This document shows positions 62,032 to 64,000 of a stretch of DNA of 64,000 nucleotides, in pieces. The stretch covers positions 8,926 through 72,925 of the forward strand of contig JBDRKM010000443.1 of NCBI GenBank assembly GCA_043814015.1, given 5' to 3'. The position numbers and the translations under genes were made by a program. The DNA comes from Pseudomonadota bacterium. Its GTDB lineage: Bacteria > Myxococcota_A > UBA796 > JAFGLY01. The first letter of the stretch is position 1, and every line of letters begins with the position of its first letter. The notes beneath the pieces were generated by a model. The model was given only the letters and a program-made list of their open reading frames with translations, had not been told where the DNA came from and did no database searches.

Positions 62032-64000
62032 GGGCGCCTCCGTCGCCAGGCCAGCAGCACGCCCAGCGGCCAGAGCCCGAGGATGGCGCCCGGTGCGCCG
62101 CAGCCGCAGCCACCCTCCTCCTCCTCGCTGATGTCCACCGGCGCTGCGTAGTCGGGCAGGGGGGTGGTCACGTCGCGGGTGTTGAGCGCGTCGTGGCCGA
62201 ACATGGGCCAGGCGGCCGGGGAGCCCACCGGGGCGGGGGTGTCCCAGGCGAACAGCCAGCCCGAGCGGGTGCCCACCACCACCTCGTACAGGCCGTCGCC
62301 GTCGATGTCGCCCACGGCGGGGCTGGCGAGGACCCACTGGCCCGTGAACTTCGGCCAGCCGGCGGGCTCCACCCCCTGCTCGTCCCAGGCGTGCAGCATG
62401 AAGCCGCCCGAGCCGGCGATGACCTCCATGGCGCCGTCGCCGGTGATGTCGGCGATGGCGGGGTTCATGAAGAACTGCAGATCCTCGATCTGCTGGGGGA
62501 AGCCCTCCAGGAAGTCGCCGTCCCGCCCGTCCCAGGCGCAGACCGCGTGGTCGTGGGCGATGCGGTGGCCGTCGTCCTCCATGCCCTCCAGGTAGCCGAA
62601 GCCCGCGCCCCCCGAGACCACGTCGGGGATGCCGTCGCCGGTGAGATCGCCCAGCGATGGGCTGTTGACGAAGGGCAGGATCATGGAGTCGGAGACGTTG
62701 CTGTTGTCGCCGTAGAAGGAGCGGCTCTTGTAGGTGAAGAGCAGCTCGCTGCCGTCCAGATCGAGCACGGTCTCGTAGCCGATCATGGCGTGGGTGACGG
62801 GCTCCACGAGGCCGTCCTCGTCGAAGTCGCCCAGCGCCGGGGAGACGGGCAGGCCCTCGCCCACGTAGGGCAGGATCTCGTTCTCGGGGCAGTAGAGGTC
62901 CACCGGCCAGCCGGGGAAGTACACGCCGGTGCCGGAGATGGCGTAGACGAGGGCGTCATCGCCATCCAGGCGCTCGTTGGTGGAGATCACCACGTCGTCC
63001 CGGCCGTCGCCGTCCAGATCGCCCACGGCGGGGGAGCTGACGATGCGCGCGCCGTGGTCGGTCCAGTCCGGGTGGATGGCCAGCACGGGCCAGCCGGCCA
63101 CCTCGGTGGCGTCGTGGTGCCAGGCGTAGACGAGCTGGTCCATGCCGGCGGCGATGATCTCGAGGTCGCCGTCACCGTCGAGGTCGCCCAGGGCGGGGCT
63201 GGCGAAGAAGCCCTCGTCCAGGATGTTGTCCGGGTCGGTGTAGTCCACCGGGTCCTGCTGGACGGGGAAGCCGGCGCGCAGGGAGCCGTCGGGCTCGAAC
63301 ACGTACAGGTGCCCGCGGGCGGTGCCCAGCACGATCTCGGCCTGGCCGTCGCCGTCCAGATCGCCCACCGCGGGGGTGCCCACGATGGTGCCTCCCACGG
63401 CGCCGGAGAAGGCCGAGAACAGCGGGTTGTCGAGGTGGTTGTCGGGGTGCTCCGGGTCGAGCTCCTCCAGGGGCGCGGTGTCCACGGGGAAGCCGGGCAG
63501 CTCGGTGCCGTCGGCCCTGAGCACGTGCAGCGCGCCGGCGGAGTCCGCCTGGATGATGTCGAGCGCGCCGTCGCCGTCGAGGTCGTAGAGGACGGGCGAG
63601 GCCTCCAGGGAGGAACCGAGCCGCAGCGGGAAGCCGGGCAGGGCGTCGGGGTCGTGGTGCACGTAGACCACGCGGCGCATGTGCCCCTCGCGGCCCTGGC
63701 TGTCGGTCACCCGCAGGCGCAGGGTGACGGTGTGCAGGTTGACAGCGTCTTCCCGGGCGACCTGGTCGTCGTCCACGGTGTAGGGGGCGACGAGGGCCTC
63801 CGGGTCCAGCGCGAGCGCAGAGAGGTCCAGGGTGCCGAGCAGGCCTTCGGCCTCGCCGCTGCCGCTGGCTACCTGGGAGAATTCCTCTTCGAGGGGCTCC
63901 AGACCCACGGCGACCTCCAGCAGCCAGGAGGCCACGGCGTCGCGGTCGGCGCGGGCCAGGCCGTGGACCTCCACCTGGGGGGTGACGGTGGGGTCCAGCA
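62028..64000 (-). CDS. FG-GAP/VCBS-repeat surface protein with MYXO-CTERM sorting signal (5' end outside window)
   Basis: Repeated GD.DGDG..E.. units. C-terminus EEEEGGCGCGAPGAILGLWPLGVLLAWRRRRP. Its stop overlaps the pyk GTG start. The frame remains open to the window edge. Confidence 0.8.
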   Translation of the reverse strand, partial: LDPTVTPQVEVHGLARADRDAVASWLLEVAVGLEPLEEEFSQVASGSGEAEGLLGTLDLSALALDPEALVAPYTVDDDQVAREDAVNLHTVTLRLRVTDSQGREGHMRRVVYVHHDPDALPGFPLRLGSSLEASPVLYDLDGDGALDIIQADSAGALHVLRADGTELPGFPVDTAPLEELDPEHPDNHLDNPLFSAFSGAVGGTIVGTPAVGDLDGDGQAEIVLGTARGHLYVFEPDGSLRAGFPVQQDPVDYTDPDNILDEGFFASPALGDLDGDGDLEIIAAGMDQLVYAWHHDATEVAGWPVLAIHPDWTDHGARIVSSPAVGDLDGDGRDDVVISTNERLDGDDALVYAISGTGVYFPGWPVDLYCPENEILPYVGEGLPVSPALGDFDEDGLVEPVTHAMIGYETVLDLDGSELLFTYKSRSFYGDNSNVSDSMILPFVNSPSLGDLTGDGIPDVVSGGAGFGYLEGMEDDGHRIAHDHAVCAWDGRDGDFLEGFPQQIEDLQFFMNPAIADITGDGAMEVIAGSGGFMLHAWDEQGVEPAGWPKFTGQWVLASPAVGDIDGDGLYEVVVGTRSGWLFAWDTPAPVGSPAAWPMFGHDALNTRDVTTPLPDYAAPVDISEEEEGGCGCGAPGAILGLWPLGVLLAWRRRRP

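Overview
Very GC-rich (about 70% G+C by eye, not computed; strong GC3 bias), gene-dense chromosomal segment. It is most likely from a Myxococcota-type bacterium: two MYXO-CTERM-like sorting tails, FG-GAP / metal-binding-motif lipoproteins, and sigma-54 activators. I support about 50 CDS and found no rRNA, tRNA or CRISPR array.

Gene content, left to right:
- a polysaccharide-modification cluster (SGNH hydrolase, MBOAT, GHL10, GT4);
- housekeeping genes (M32 carboxypeptidase, 2H phosphoesterase, gpmI, pyk);
- a 15.4-kb co-directional module: korAB, a PFOR-fragment/ferredoxin fusion, rnfB, a full-length but apparently catalytically dead PFOR homologue (split in two), rnfCDGEA, and a Cys-rich mini-protein;
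- a 5.6-kb insertion bounded by perfect 104-bp direct repeats that duplicate the 3' end of that mini-gene. It carries a clan-CD protease and an orphan secreted protein;
- envelope/secreted proteins, an MBL-GGDEF protein and an uncharacterised divergent four-gene locus;
- a histidine kinase plus two sigma-54 activators;
- an orphan Phd antitoxin and a Septu-like ptuAB pair directly downstream of pyk.

Main candidates for novelty:
1. The Rnf operon with embedded PFOR-derived pseudo-enzymes.
2. The repeat-bounded island in the rnf-terminal mini-gene.
3. Three intergenic arrays of short motifs sharing one geometry: two forward copies and two mirrored copies, 31-32 bp phasing.

Three otherwise intact genes carry an extra C in a C-homopolymer, which points to assembly errors. 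All homology statements come from recalled motifs. No searches were run.
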